Shown in pieces: positions 33,348-42,405 of a stretch of DNA of 64,000 nt. The notes under the pieces were generated by a model. That model was not told the origin of the DNA. It searched no databases and saw only the letters and a list, made by a program, of their open reading frames with translations. Made by a program: the position numbers and the translations under genes. The stretch lies in the IMG/VR virus record IMGVR_UViG_3300022918_000011, positions 18,689 through 82,688 of that record; one strand, given 5' to 3'. The number at the start of each line of letters is the position of its first letter. Within the stretch, counting starts at the first letter, position 1. The stretch comes from a virus.

Positions 33348-35594
33348 ATGCGCCTACTCAGCATCTCCACCGAGAACTTCAAGCGTCTCGGCACGTTCAA
33401 GTGCAACTTCACCACCGGCCTGAACATCATCGCCGGCGAGAATGCCCGTGGCAAATCATCGCTCTTGCAAGCCATTCAGGCGGCGTTCTTCGGTGCCAGC
33501 ACCATCGCCGGCAAGGTCGAGAACGTTCCCACCTGGGGCCAGAAGGACTTTCTGATCGAGCTGGACTTCGCGGCCAAGGGTGACACCTACATGGTGTCCC
33601 GCAAGAAGGCCACGGCCAAACTGTGGCGCATCAAGGCTGAAGGCAACGAGTTGGTGGCCAACGGCAACACCCCGGTCACCGCAGCCATCGAGGAGATGTT
33701 CGGCCTGGCAGCGAAGGATTACAGCTTGTTCTGGCAGTCCAAGCAGGGCGAGTCAGCTGGCATCCTGACCTTCGGTGCCGCCGCGTTGAACCGCAAGGTG
33801 GAGGAGTTCGCCGGCGTGGATCTGATCGACAAGGTTCAGGCCAAAGCCCAGACCAAATCCACTCAGCTGACCGCTTCGGCCGACGCCAAGGCCGTTGCTG
33901 AGGAAGTCATGACTGCTGCTGAGCAGGCCCGTGACGAAGCCAGTGCAGCGATGGACGTTGCCCAGGCAGCGATGGACGCAGCGACCACCGCGGTTGAAGC
34001 GCTGAAGCCGTTCAACTGGCCAATACTGGTTGATTCCGAGAAGCTGCGCGATGCCCAGCGTGAAGCTGAGCGTCTGTGGAACAAGGTAGAGGCCGCTGAC
34101 AAGGCGCTGGTGGCCGCTCAGGCAGCGTTGGCCGCTGCCCAGAAGAACGCTGAGGGTCTGGCGAAGCAGGACGGTGAAGCGCTTCAGGCTTCGCTGGACA
34201 AGGCCAAGGCCACTGGTACCCAGCTGGCTGCGGATCTCGAAGCGCTGCGTGACCAAAAGGTTAGCCATCAGCGCGCCGCCGATGACCTGGCCCGCGCCAC
34301 AACTGCTGTCGAGCACGCTGCTGAAAGCTTGGAGAAGGTCTCGGCCGGCTTCGATTACGCTACCGTCACAGCGATGGAGGCCACGCTGGAGGAAGTTGTC
34401 GTCGTCGCTGACAACGCCAAGGCCGCCGCCCTCGCCGCTGGCGTCAAGCTGATCGGCCTCAAGGAACTGGCTGCCGGTGCAGAGTGCCCAACCTGTGGTC
34501 ACGTCAAAGCGGACCACGACCCAGCCAAACTGGCCGCCGAAGTAGAGGCTGCTCAGGCAGACCACATCCGGCTGAAGGAGGCTCAGGCCGCCGCAGAAGC
34601 GAGCGTTAAGTCTGCTCGCACCGGGCTGGTGTCTGTTCAGGGTCGGGTAGCTGACATCGAGATGGCGAAGAAACAACTCGCTGTTGTCGAGCTGACCCGT
34701 GACAACGCGGCAATCGTGCTCAAGGGTACTGCAGCGGTCGACGACAGCGCGGTCAATGATCTCAACACCTCAGTTGAGGCCGCGCGCAACGAGTACGCTG
34801 AAATCAACTCCAAGCTCAAAGGCGTGGTCGAGAACAATCAGCGGTGGCAGCGTGCGATCGACGCAGTGCGCAGCGCTGAACCTGCTGTGGTCTCGGCGCA
34901 GGCGTTGGTCGTTGAGCTCAACGCTCAGTGGGAAGAACTGCCAGAGCCGCCTACCGATGAGGAAGTGGCCCAGGCTACAGCCGCCGAGCGCGCCAAGGTC
35001 TCTGCCCATGCCGCATGGCAGGCGCAGCGTACCGAGTTGACCACCGCTGTCACCACCGCGAATCAGTCCTGTGTCTACGCCGAGCAGCATCTGGCTCGCA
35101 CCTCGGACCACGTTCGGGATCTGTTCCTGCGCAACGAGCAGGCTCAGGGGGACGCTGACAAGGCTCAGAAGTACAGCCGCCTGGTGCGGTTCCTGCGTGA
35201 CAAGCGTCAAGCGTACCTGCAGGACGTCTGGACCACGGTGTTGGCCATGGCCAGCAAACTGGTCAACGAGGCCACTGCCGGTGAGATCACCCGCGTCACC
35301 AATGACGACGGTGAGTTCATGTTCGAGGAGGCCGGTGTGCTGGCTCCGGTGTCTGGCAGCGCCTCTGGTGCGCAGAAGGCAGCCATCGGCGTCTCGCTGC
35401 GTATTGCCCTGGCACGCTGCCTGTACGGCAGTGAGAGCCCGCTGATCTTCGACGAGCCGACCGCTGAGTGCAGCGAACGCAACGCCAGTGGTCTGGCTGC
35501 TACGCTGGCCACCTGTGCAGCGCAGGTTCTGCTGATCACACACCGTGAGAACGATCAGGGTCTCGCTGAACACATCATCAACGTAGGGGAATGA
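33348..35594 (+). CDS. SbcC/Rad50-like SMC ATPase
   Basis: GENARGKS, coiled coils, CPTCG zinc hook, ASGAQ signature, IFDEPT, LITH. Confidence 0.93.
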   Translation: MRLLSISTENFKRLGTFKCNFTTGLNIIAGENARGKSSLLQAIQAAFFGASTIAGKVENVPTWGQKDFLIELDFAAKGDTYMVSRKKATAKLWRIKAEGNELVANGNTPVTAAIEEMFGLAAKDYSLFWQSKQGESAGILTFGAAALNRKVEEFAGVDLIDKVQAKAQTKSTQLTASADAKAVAEEVMTAAEQARDEASAAMDVAQAAMDAATTAVEALKPFNWPILVDSEKLRDAQREAERLWNKVEAADKALVAAQAALAAAQKNAEGLAKQDGEALQASLDKAKATGTQLAADLEALRDQKVSHQRAADDLARATTAVEHAAESLEKVSAGFDYATVTAMEATLEEVVVVADNAKAAALAAGVKLIGLKELAAGAECPTCGHVKADHDPAKLAAEVEAAQADHIRLKEAQAAAEASVKSARTGLVSVQGRVADIEMAKKQLAVVELTRDNAAIVLKGTAAVDDSAVNDLNTSVEAARNEYAEINSKLKGVVENNQRWQRAIDAVRSAEPAVVSAQALVVELNAQWEELPEPPTDEEVAQATAAERAKVSAHAAWQAQRTELTTAVTTANQSCVYAEQHLARTSDHVRDLFLRNEQAQGDADKAQKYSRLVRFLRDKRQAYLQDVWTTVLAMASKLVNEATAGEITRVTNDDGEFMFEEAGVLAPVSGSASGAQKAAIGVSLRIALARCLYGSESPLIFDEPTAECSERNASGLAATLATCAAQVLLITHRENDQGLAEHIINVGE

Positions 35595-35595
35595 T

Positions 35596-35769
35596 ATGAC
35601 CGTTGACCAATACCGCAGCCATTACGCCACACACAGCAAAGAAGAACTGGTTGAGGCAGTGGTTAGGCTTCACGTTATTAACGAAGCCCAGGCTAAAAGG
35701 CTGCAATCATCTACCGGAACTGAAGACACTACGCCTCGCAACCTACAGCGTCCCACGGGAGAGTCATGA
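35596..35769 (+). CDS. 57-aa hypothetical protein (below cutoff)
   Basis: MTVDQYRSHYATHSKEELVEAVVRL...; fills the gap exactly between neighbours. Confidence 0.5.
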   Translation: MTVDQYRSHYATHSKEELVEAVVRLHVINEAQAKRLQSSTGTEDTTPRNLQRPTGES

Positions 35770-35770
35770 G

Positions 35771-36004
35771 ATGCGAATCCGTCACGTCTTCCGGCAGGTG
35801 AAGCTCAGCGCCACCAAGTGCGGGGCCTGTTCGGTCTGCGGGAAGTCCGCTACCCGCAGCCATACCGAGTTCGAGACGCTGAACCCGTTCAACACCAACC
35901 CTGACGGCAGCGTGAAGGACGCCAACGACATCCGTGAATCGCTCCAGCCCAAGCTCGCTGCCTGGAAGCTGCTGCCACTGACGCATGCTCGATGCGAGTC
36001 CTGA
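35771..36004 (+). CDS. small Zn-ribbon-like protein
   Basis: GGAG RBS; CSVCGK...TLNPFN.NPDG. Confidence 0.65.
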   Translation: MRIRHVFRQVKLSATKCGACSVCGKSATRSHTEFETLNPFNTNPDGSVKDANDIRESLQPKLAAWKLLPLTHARCES

Positions 36005-36284
36005 ATCGACACAGCCACGGCGTCCCTACCGGCGCCGTGTACGTCGGTCGGCCAGGCATCTGGGGCAACCCGTTCGAGATCGGCAAGGGCGGCGTGAAGA
36101 ACAGGACCAGGCCATCGCGATGCACAGGGAGTGGCTGCTCGGGCAGCCACACCTTATGGCCAAACTTGTTCAGCTCCGCGGCAAAGATCTGGTCTGCTCC
36201 TGCGCACCACTGGCCTGCCACGCTGATACCCTGATGGAACTGGCCAACCCCGGCTACGATAAATCAACCCACATACCGTTTTGA
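35992..36284 (+). pseudogene. DUF4326-family gene split by a 1-nt frameshift
   Basis: VYVGRPGIWGNPF in one frame and LRGKDLVCSCAPLACHADTL in the -1 frame; junction about 36082-36105. Confidence 0.75.
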
Positions 36285-36294
36285 GGTAGTACCC

Positions 36295-36558
36295 ATGGAA
36301 ATCACAATCAGTTCCCAACTCGGCACACAAATCAGCACGCTGCAAAATCTTCAGCAGCGTGCCAGCGACCTCAACGAGCTGTCAGAGTCGCTGAAAAGAG
36401 ACGCGGCTCCGAAGTTTCTCGGCCGCGACATGCTCAATGTAGGTGTTGATCCTGCTGAGCTCCGCGAGCTGGCCGAGAAGACGCTGCAGCGTGAACTGGC
36501 AGCGTTCAAGACCCAGCTGAACGACATGGGTATCAACCACGACCTGGAGATCGGCTGA
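36295..36558 (+). CDS. hypothetical helical protein
   Basis: GAGGT RBS. Confidence 0.7.
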   Translation: MEITISSQLGTQISTLQNLQQRASDLNELSESLKRDAAPKFLGRDMLNVGVDPAELRELAEKTLQRELAAFKTQLNDMGINHDLEIG

Positions 36559-36821
36559 TGCCTACCGACATCAAGGACTTCAGCGTCAACGCGCGGATCG
36601 TTCAGCTGCAGGACGTGGCTGAGCGGGTTTTAAGGCTGCGGGCTCTCAAAGAGGCAATGGGAAGCGACGGTTGTGTCGGTGACATCATGTACGCGCTGGG
36701 TCAGCTGCAGATGTGTGACGCGGATGTAGACGCGCTGGCCCGCGCCACTCTGGACCGCTGCCTGGCCAGCCTAAACCAAGACCTGGCAGCGTTGGGTGTG
36801 ACGTGTGAGGTGACGGGATGA
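36558..36821 (+). CDS. hypothetical helical protein, probable paralog of upstream gene
   Basis: TGATG overlap; same length (87 aa) and similar pattern. Confidence 0.7.
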   Translation: MPTDIKDFSVNARIVQLQDVAERVLRLRALKEAMGSDGCVGDIMYALGQLQMCDADVDALARATLDRCLASLNQDLAALGVTCEVTG

Positions 36822-37084
36822 ACTCTCAAGCCTATGAGTGGATCACCCTGGAGCGGCAGCTGCCGCCGACGGAGTGTCCGCTGGTGATCTTGGTGCCGGC
36901 GGGCACAGAGTACCCTTGGCTGCCTGGTTTAACCGCCACATCTGAGGTCGATCAGGTCCTTACCGTGCAGCGTAAGGACCACGTCGACAACAAGGAAAGC
37001 GACATCACCTACTGGCTGTTGGACGACAAGCGTCGGCTTACAGAGATGAATGTGGTAGGCCGCATGCCTTGGTCGTACCCCTAG
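36818..37084 (+). CDS. hypothetical protein
   Basis: GAGGT RBS, ATGA overlap; WITLERQLP start. Confidence 0.7.
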   Translation: MNSQAYEWITLERQLPPTECPLVILVPAGTEYPWLPGLTATSEVDQVLTVQRKDHVDNKESDITYWLLDDKRRLTEMNVVGRMPWSYP

Positions 37085-37089
37085 AAAGT

Positions 37090-37114
37090 AAAACGGCGCC
37101 CTACTGGGCGCCGT
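37090..37114 (-). terminator. terminator at convergence of the two arms
   Basis: ACGGCGCCC-N4-GGGCGCCGT hairpin followed on the - strand by TTT; overlaps holin stop. Confidence 0.65.
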
Positions 37115-37460
37115 CATCCGGCGGTGGCGCCGGAGGCTGCTGTTGCAACGCAGTCCTGAGCAAGTTCGGCAGCGCCGACTTGGCCCAAGTCGTTACAATT
37201 TCAAAGCCCTTCAATCCTGTTGCTCCGACCAAGAGCAGCACGGCATCTCGGTTCCCCCAGTCTGTCGGGATGAACCCACCGAATAAAACCCCCAAGTAAA
37301 ACCCAATCACCACCGTAGCGAAGATCATGAACACGGTCACCTTGTTACCCGGGTGCCTGGCTACCTGGTACAGGTAACCCACCAGAGCTGCGAAAGCCCC
37401 CAGTGTCCCGGAGTATGCGTAGGCTTGGAGCTTATCCAGCAGCTCAGTCGGAAGATTCAC
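37101..37460 (-). CDS. putative holin
   Basis: Three hydrophobic segments, in lysis cassette. Confidence 0.7.
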   Translation of the reverse strand: MNLPTELLDKLQAYAYSGTLGAFAALVGYLYQVARHPGNKVTVFMIFATVVIGFYLGVLFGGFIPTDWGNRDAVLLLVGATGLKGFEIVTTWAKSALPNLLRTALQQQPPAPPPDDGAQ

Positions 37461-37788
37461 TTAGCTTTCCTTGCGCAGGCACCGAGTCCTTGGCAATGAT
37501 GTCGATCATCATCCAGTACACAATGCAGTTCCCGACGATAAACAGCTGGAACATGCGCAGGGAGAGGTACGTCTTGCCGTACACAACCAAAGCATAGACA
37601 TTCGAGGCGAGGAACATGCCGATGACAACCGCAGCGATCAACAACACCGCTGCCAGTTTGTTGCGTCTGTCCTCTGACGCCTCGACCTGTATCAGCTTCC
37701 AGCTGCGGTACAGTTTGATCAGCACAGCTAGATAGATTGCGAACGGCGCCATGTCAACTATGAAGTCAATGATCTTTGGGGTAATCAT
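37444..37788 (-). CDS. 3-TM membrane protein (holin/antiholin candidate)
   Basis: Three hydrophobic segments, overlaps holin start. Confidence 0.6.
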   Translation of the reverse strand: MITPKIIDFIVDMAPFAIYLAVLIKLYRSWKLIQVEASEDRRNKLAAVLLIAAVVIGMFLASNVYALVVYGKTYLSLRMFQLFIVGNCIVYWMMIDIIAKDSVPAQGKLSESSD

Positions 37789-37922
37789 GTTCAGTTACCT
37801 GGCCCACTGATCAGCGAGCTATAGATGGTCGAGGAGGGCGTGCCCTCATGTTGACCTACTAATGCCAATTTCAGTTCGCGCTGCGATGCATCCATGTGAC
37901 AGGTATCTCGATTACTTACCAT

Positions 37923-38240
37923 CTATTTGGCACCAGAAGGTTTTGTCGCCCAAACACGCCAGGCATCGTCGCGAGTCTTGAGCGTTCTCAGAATGATTTT
38001 TAACTGATCCACGCCAGCCTTGTCCAGCGCCACGGCGCCGTTAGGGTCGTTGGTCAGCATGAACTTTGGGAGGTCCAGCGGGGCGTACTTACGCATCAGC
38101 TCAGCCGGTGGCTTTCGCTCGATGTAGACCGGGACTTTCGTCTCGTAGGGAATTCGCAGTGGCGCGGCCGGCGCTGGGCAGACGACGGGTTTAACCGCGC
38201 AGCCAGTGAGTAGCAACATCACGAGTAGGGATGCTTTCAT
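37923..38240 (-). CDS. o-spanin (Rz1-like lipoprotein)
   Basis: LLLTGC lipobox, Pro-rich, follows i-spanin. Confidence 0.8.
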   Translation of the reverse strand: MKASLLVMLLLTGCAVKPVVCPAPAAPLRIPYETKVPVYIERKPPAELMRKYAPLDLPKFMLTNDPNGAVALDKAGVDQLKIILRTLKTRDDAWRVWATKPSGAK

Positions 38241-38671
38241 TGGAATAGGTTCTGCAGCCAGGCGTTGGTCAGTGCCGGGGTAGCTGCCAGCTCCCTGTCG
38301 GCAGCGATCAGGCGAGGCAGCGTGGCCATGGCCTGTTCCGCTTTCTCGTTGCGGTCTACGTCTCGCTTCAGCTGCTCAAGGGCATGGTCAGCTATGCCCT
38401 GATTCAGTTGCTGGATCTGCCCGAGGCAGCCAGAGACCTCGATGTCCCTGGCCTGGATCTTGCTCTCCTTCTCCTCGATGGTCTTGTCCTTCATTTTCAG
38501 CGTGGACTCTGCATTGCGCAGGTTGGACTGAGCCAGGTCGCGCTCTCCCATCGTCACACTCAGCAGGATACCCATCGAGAACGTGATCAGTAGTAGCATG
38601 ATCATCACCCAGCGGCTCACGCCGGCTAGCGAGACGCCGGTCTTGAAGAAACCAAAAATGGTCTTGAACAT
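38237..38671 (-). CDS. i-spanin (Rz-like)
   Basis: N-terminal TM then coiled coil, directly after endolysin. Confidence 0.8.
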   Translation of the reverse strand: MFKTIFGFFKTGVSLAGVSRWVMIMLLLITFSMGILLSVTMGERDLAQSNLRNAESTLKMKDKTIEEKESKIQARDIEVSGCLGQIQQLNQGIADHALEQLKRDVDRNEKAEQAMATLPRLIAADRELAATPALTNAWLQNLFQ

Positions 38672-38747
38672 AGCAAAATCCCCGCGTGATTGCGGGGAGT
38701 ATATGCTGCGATGCGGCAGCGGGCCATCACTTATAACCGGCTGTTCG

Positions 38748-39395
38748 TCAGCTGGTGAGAACCTTCAACGCTTTGGCATACAGCGCGGCACGTTCCTCTG
38801 CATGTAGAGGGATCTTGTCCTCGTCGCCGGTGTTGATCTTGCCGCCGATCTGGGTGATCTTCCCGGCGTCTGCCAGCGCGTTCAGCTTGTTGGTTTTCCA
38901 GTACCAGGCCGACGACATCAGCCCAGGTCCAGGCTGCTCCAGCTGCTCAGGGTGGTTCACCAGATCGTAGCCCAGCGCCTTGCCGGCAGCCTCGTAGTTG
39001 GCGCGGCCGGTGATGCCGATAGGCCCGCGCGCGATGAAGCGGATACCGTCATTCGGCTCGGTGTTGCCCAGCTTCTTTTTGCCCCAGGCCCCGCCGTACA
39101 GCAGGTTGCCGATGTCAGCCTGCAGGGCAGGGCGCACTGCGGTTCTGCCTACCCGCTCGGCATCGATCTTCGAGATCCGATCTCGCTTGAACGTGGCCAG
39201 CAGCCCTTCGACGCTGTAGTTCATGCTCTCTTTCATCTTGGTAAACTGGCCTGACTCATGCCCGGTCTGCGCGAGGAACGCTGCCATACGCGCTGGCGTG
39301 TTGATCTCGGCCCACTTCATCGCCTCGTTCAACGGGTTCAGATAGAGCAGCGGTGCCTTGGGCAGGATCAGTGTCAGCTGGCGTACTGTGAGCAT
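38748..39395 (-). CDS. endolysin, glycoside hydrolase family 19
   Basis: FLAQTGHES, E.MNYS, RGPIGITGRANY, SAWYW, IN.G. Confidence 0.92.
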   Translation of the reverse strand: MLTVRQLTLILPKAPLLYLNPLNEAMKWAEINTPARMAAFLAQTGHESGQFTKMKESMNYSVEGLLATFKRDRISKIDAERVGRTAVRPALQADIGNLLYGGAWGKKKLGNTEPNDGIRFIARGPIGITGRANYEAAGKALGYDLVNHPEQLEQPGPGLMSSAWYWKTNKLNALADAGKITQIGGKINTGDEDKIPLHAEERAALYAKALKVLTS

Positions 39396-39405
39396 GGGTG
39401 TGACC

Positions 39406-39864
39406 TCAAACTAATTCAGGAGGGACGATCGGCTGGTAGCCAAGCATGTACTGGCACTGTACAGACAACGTACCAGGTGAATAGATCGATGGGTTCGGCA
39501 GTCCCAGGGCACTGGCGCACCATTCACTGCAGAACTGGGAGTGCTCGTCGACCCGGCCACGGTTGAACAGCTGGCTGCCGATCATGGAGAACCAGCCGTA
39601 GGTGTTGGCGTCCGTCATCTCGAAGTACGCGCGGATGCGATCAGGGTTTGCCTGCGGCAGATCGATCACGTCCCAGTTGTCTGGATCCAGATCGATCTCC
39701 TCCGGCACCCGCTTGGACCTGACGCCCTTGTCCATGATCGAGGACGAGTACGCCAGGCCGTCGACGACCAGCTCGCAGTGACTGTAGATGGACCCGCTCC
39801 AGAGGCAGATGAAACGGCTGCCAATGCGGCTATCGTTCTTGCGTAGAGCGAGTCTCACAGTCAT
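39406..39864 (-). CDS. permuted papain-like (NlpC/P60-type) protein
   Basis: YSHCEL ... FCSEW (His before Cys). Confidence 0.65.
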   Translation of the reverse strand: MTVRLALRKNDSRIGSRFICLWSGSIYSHCELVVDGLAYSSSIMDKGVRSKRVPEEIDLDPDNWDVIDLPQANPDRIRAYFEMTDANTYGWFSMIGSQLFNRGRVDEHSQFCSEWCASALGLPNPSIYSPGTLSVQCQYMLGYQPIVPPELV

Positions 39865-40166
39865 AGGGGAATTTCCACCGGGTCAATTGGAGCGTCGATG
39901 ATCTCAGCTGCCCGACCTTCTGCCAACAGGCCCGAGGCTTCAAGGGCCTCCAGGTTTGTGCGCAGCTTCTCAGTTCCGAGATCGATGAACGTGGCAGCAT
40001 CTACCAGGTTGAGGTAGCGCCGTACTGTGGCAGCTGGTTTGGTGGCACCGATGCTGGCGATGTCGATGTTGATGGCTTCCTCGTCGGTGAACCGGGAGAG
40101 GAACGCCAGCTTGGTGATGCGCGTGCCAGGCTGGGCGACGGGTTGATCTACTTCGACGATGGGCAT
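39861..40166 (-). CDS. tail fibre assembly-associated protein
   Basis: ITKLAFLSRFTDEE...RAAEII pattern, position after fibre genes. Confidence 0.6.
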   Translation of the reverse strand: MPIVEVDQPVAQPGTRITKLAFLSRFTDEEAINIDIASIGATKPAATVRRYLNLVDAATFIDLGTEKLRTNLEALEASGLLAEGRAAEIIDAPIDPVEIPL

Positions 40167-41281
40167 TATTTGATCCTCATGTACTTGATAGCCATATTGG
40201 AGCCGCCCAGGTATTCACCTGCTGGCAACCCAATTGAGTGGGTTGAGATGTAGATGGCACCCGTGGTACCGCCGCTGCTACCTTTTAGGGAGAGCAGTGC
40301 TTTGTTAGAGAACAAAAACATCAGGCCACCCGGTGCTATTTGCGAACCCGGTGTAGCCACCCAGTTAAGCCCGTCTTTTGACACCCCCACTGTAGTGCCG
40401 GTACTGCTATATACAAAGTAGCCGTCACCAAAACTAACAGACAATAGCTCAAACGAAGTTTTTGATGCACCTACAGTCCATACCAAGCCGTCAGGCGAGG
40501 TGTAAATTATACCGCCTGCCCCCACAGCAACAAACAGACCTAACCCATACACCACTGAGTTTAACGTACCTAGTGTGGGATGGGTCGCACGTAGCGTCCA
40601 TGCAATGCCGTCTGGCGAAGAATAGACAACGCCGGCCGATGCTACAGCGACAAACATACCCGCACCATAGGCCAAGCTCTTTGGCGCCGCGGTGGCGAAC
40701 GACACACTGGCACTAAGAGTCCAGGTTATACCGTCAGTAGACGTCATGGATCGGCTACCGTCAGCGACTGCTACAAACTTACCACTAGCGTAAACTAAGC
40801 CTATCCAGATGGTACTGAGTACGGACGTCCTCATTGTCCACGTTATGCCGTCAGGAGAAGTGGCAATGGTTCCGGCGGTACCCACCGCCACAAACAACCC
40901 TGCCCCATAGGCTAGGCCGTTGATGTTGTTGCCACCAAACAGCGCGCTTATGTCAATTGTGGTGAAAGTTAAGCCGTCGGTCGACCTCGAAATTCTACCG
41001 GTCGCGTGCCCGATAAGCAGGATGCCGTTCGCGTACACGGCACAGTTAGCGGAGTACATGTTGGGCGTGACCTTAGGGCCGGCCCAATAGTCCAAAAACA
41101 CGTCGAACTTGGAGAACGCCTCCGGGTAATTGGCTTGCTCATCCGTCATAAGAGAGCCAGACCGTAAGTAATATCGACCTTCAGTCTCTATAAGACTTGG
41201 TCCAGCTGTTGGAAACCAAGCGGTAGCGCCAATGGGTTTACCGCCGCCCCCGCCAAGCATGGACTTCAGATCACTAGCCAT
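40166..41281 (-). CDS. tail adhesin / receptor-binding protein 2 (collar-like ends, beta-propeller repeats)
   Basis: About 40-aa repeats YGAG.FVAVG..G.I.TSPDG..WT; lower GC. Confidence 0.7.
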   Translation of the reverse strand: MASDLKSMLGGGGGKPIGATAWFPTAGPSLIETEGRYYLRSGSLMTDEQANYPEAFSKFDVFLDYWAGPKVTPNMYSANCAVYANGILLIGHATGRISRSTDGLTFTTIDISALFGGNNINGLAYGAGLFVAVGTAGTIATSPDGITWTMRTSVLSTIWIGLVYASGKFVAVADGSRSMTSTDGITWTLSASVSFATAAPKSLAYGAGMFVAVASAGVVYSSPDGIAWTLRATHPTLGTLNSVVYGLGLFVAVGAGGIIYTSPDGLVWTVGASKTSFELLSVSFGDGYFVYSSTGTTVGVSKDGLNWVATPGSQIAPGGLMFLFSNKALLSLKGSSGGTTGAIYISTHSIGLPAGEYLGGSNMAIKYMRIK

Positions 41282-42405
41282 TACTTGACCCTCATGTAAA
41301 GTTGAGAAGTGGCGACTGGCAGACCGACGTAACGGTCGTAGGTCATCGTCAGGACAGCGGCTAACCCCGATGGGCCTGTAACCAACAGCCTTGTCCCATC
41401 AGTGCAGATGCTGGTTATCGAGCCGGTTAATCCGGCAAGGGTCAGCTTGGTGTAATTTATGAAGTCATTAGAGGCCAGTATCACGCCCTGGTCACCAGCC
41501 ACAATGGCAAGACCCTCGTACAAGAAGCCGGTTCTTAGAAGTTCGTTAGCGGCCAGCGCGGGGGTTATCGTGCGCGCTGTTGCGGTAGTGCTATCATTAC
41601 CCGCTGATAAAACCCCGACGTTTGTGTTACCGATAAAGGTAAACGATGGATTACTGGTGTAGAGAATAGTGTTTATCACCGTGCCAGCGGAGAATGATCC
41701 CAGCGAGGTCCAGCTCGCGCCGTCGGTACTGTAAAGGTTGTTGGCCTGGCTGCTGTAGTAGCTGTAGGAAACGATACCAGCGTAGGCGTTAAGCGCGGAT
41801 ACGTTAGCCACACCAGTTTGCACTTGTTGCCAAGTAAGACCGGCGTCGAAGCTTCTGTAAACAATTGTTGCAGTAGCGATCATGAACACAGACCACAACG
41901 GAACAAACGTAACCCGCGTGGCGGCAATCGTAGCTGACGTGATTGCAGTCCACGTAATACCGTCCGCGCTGCGGTAGACGTTGATGCCGTTCACGGCAAC
42001 AAAGACACTCATAGCGAAAGTGATATCGAACCCCATCCCGCTATTACCAATGCTGGTGCGCTTAACCCACGTCAAGCCGTCCGCTGACGTGTAAGAAAAC
42101 CCGTCATTGCCAAGCCCTACAAAGGTACCGTTACCGTAGGCGCATTTAACCAGGGAGACAGTGCCTAGTCCGTTCTGAGCGCCGGTTAACTTTGTCCAAG
42201 CAATGTTATCGGCCCTGCGCACCCCCTTTACCATGTATTTTGCGTACACGTCGGGGTAGTTGGCTTCCTCGTTCTTTAGCTGGAAACCTGACTTAAGGAA
42301 CGTCATACCATCCATTTCGATCAGCGACTCTCGCTGATTACCCATATAGATACACTCACCCAGCTCAACCCCACCACCCCCCAACTGCGAAGAAAGACTG
42401 AACAT
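41281..42405 (-). CDS. tail adhesin / receptor-binding protein 1 (paralog)
   Basis: S.DG.TW repeats; same N- and C-terminal motifs as the neighbour. Confidence 0.7.
   Translation of the reverse strand: MFSLSSQLGGGGVELGECIYMGNQRESLIEMDGMTFLKSGFQLKNEEANYPDVYAKYMVKGVRRADNIAWTKLTGAQNGLGTVSLVKCAYGNGTFVGLGNDGFSYTSADGLTWVKRTSIGNSGMGFDITFAMSVFVAVNGINVYRSADGITWTAITSATIAATRVTFVPLWSVFMIATATIVYRSFDAGLTWQQVQTGVANVSALNAYAGIVSYSYYSSQANNLYSTDGASWTSLGSFSAGTVINTILYTSNPSFTFIGNTNVGVLSAGNDSTTATARTITPALAANELLRTGFLYEGLAIVAGDQGVILASNDFINYTKLTLAGLTGSITSICTDGTRLLVTGPSGLAAVLTMTYDRYVGLPVATSQLYMRVK

Noticed and set aside
37789-37922. Intergenic gap as a possible tRNA or ncRNA
   Set aside because: No cloverleaf, T-loop consensus or convincing stable structure recognised
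40166-42405. Possible diversity-generating retroelement or invertible fibre switch
   Set aside because: No reverse transcriptase, invertase, near-identical TR/VR pair or flanking inverted repeats seen; both genes are co-oriented and highly diverged
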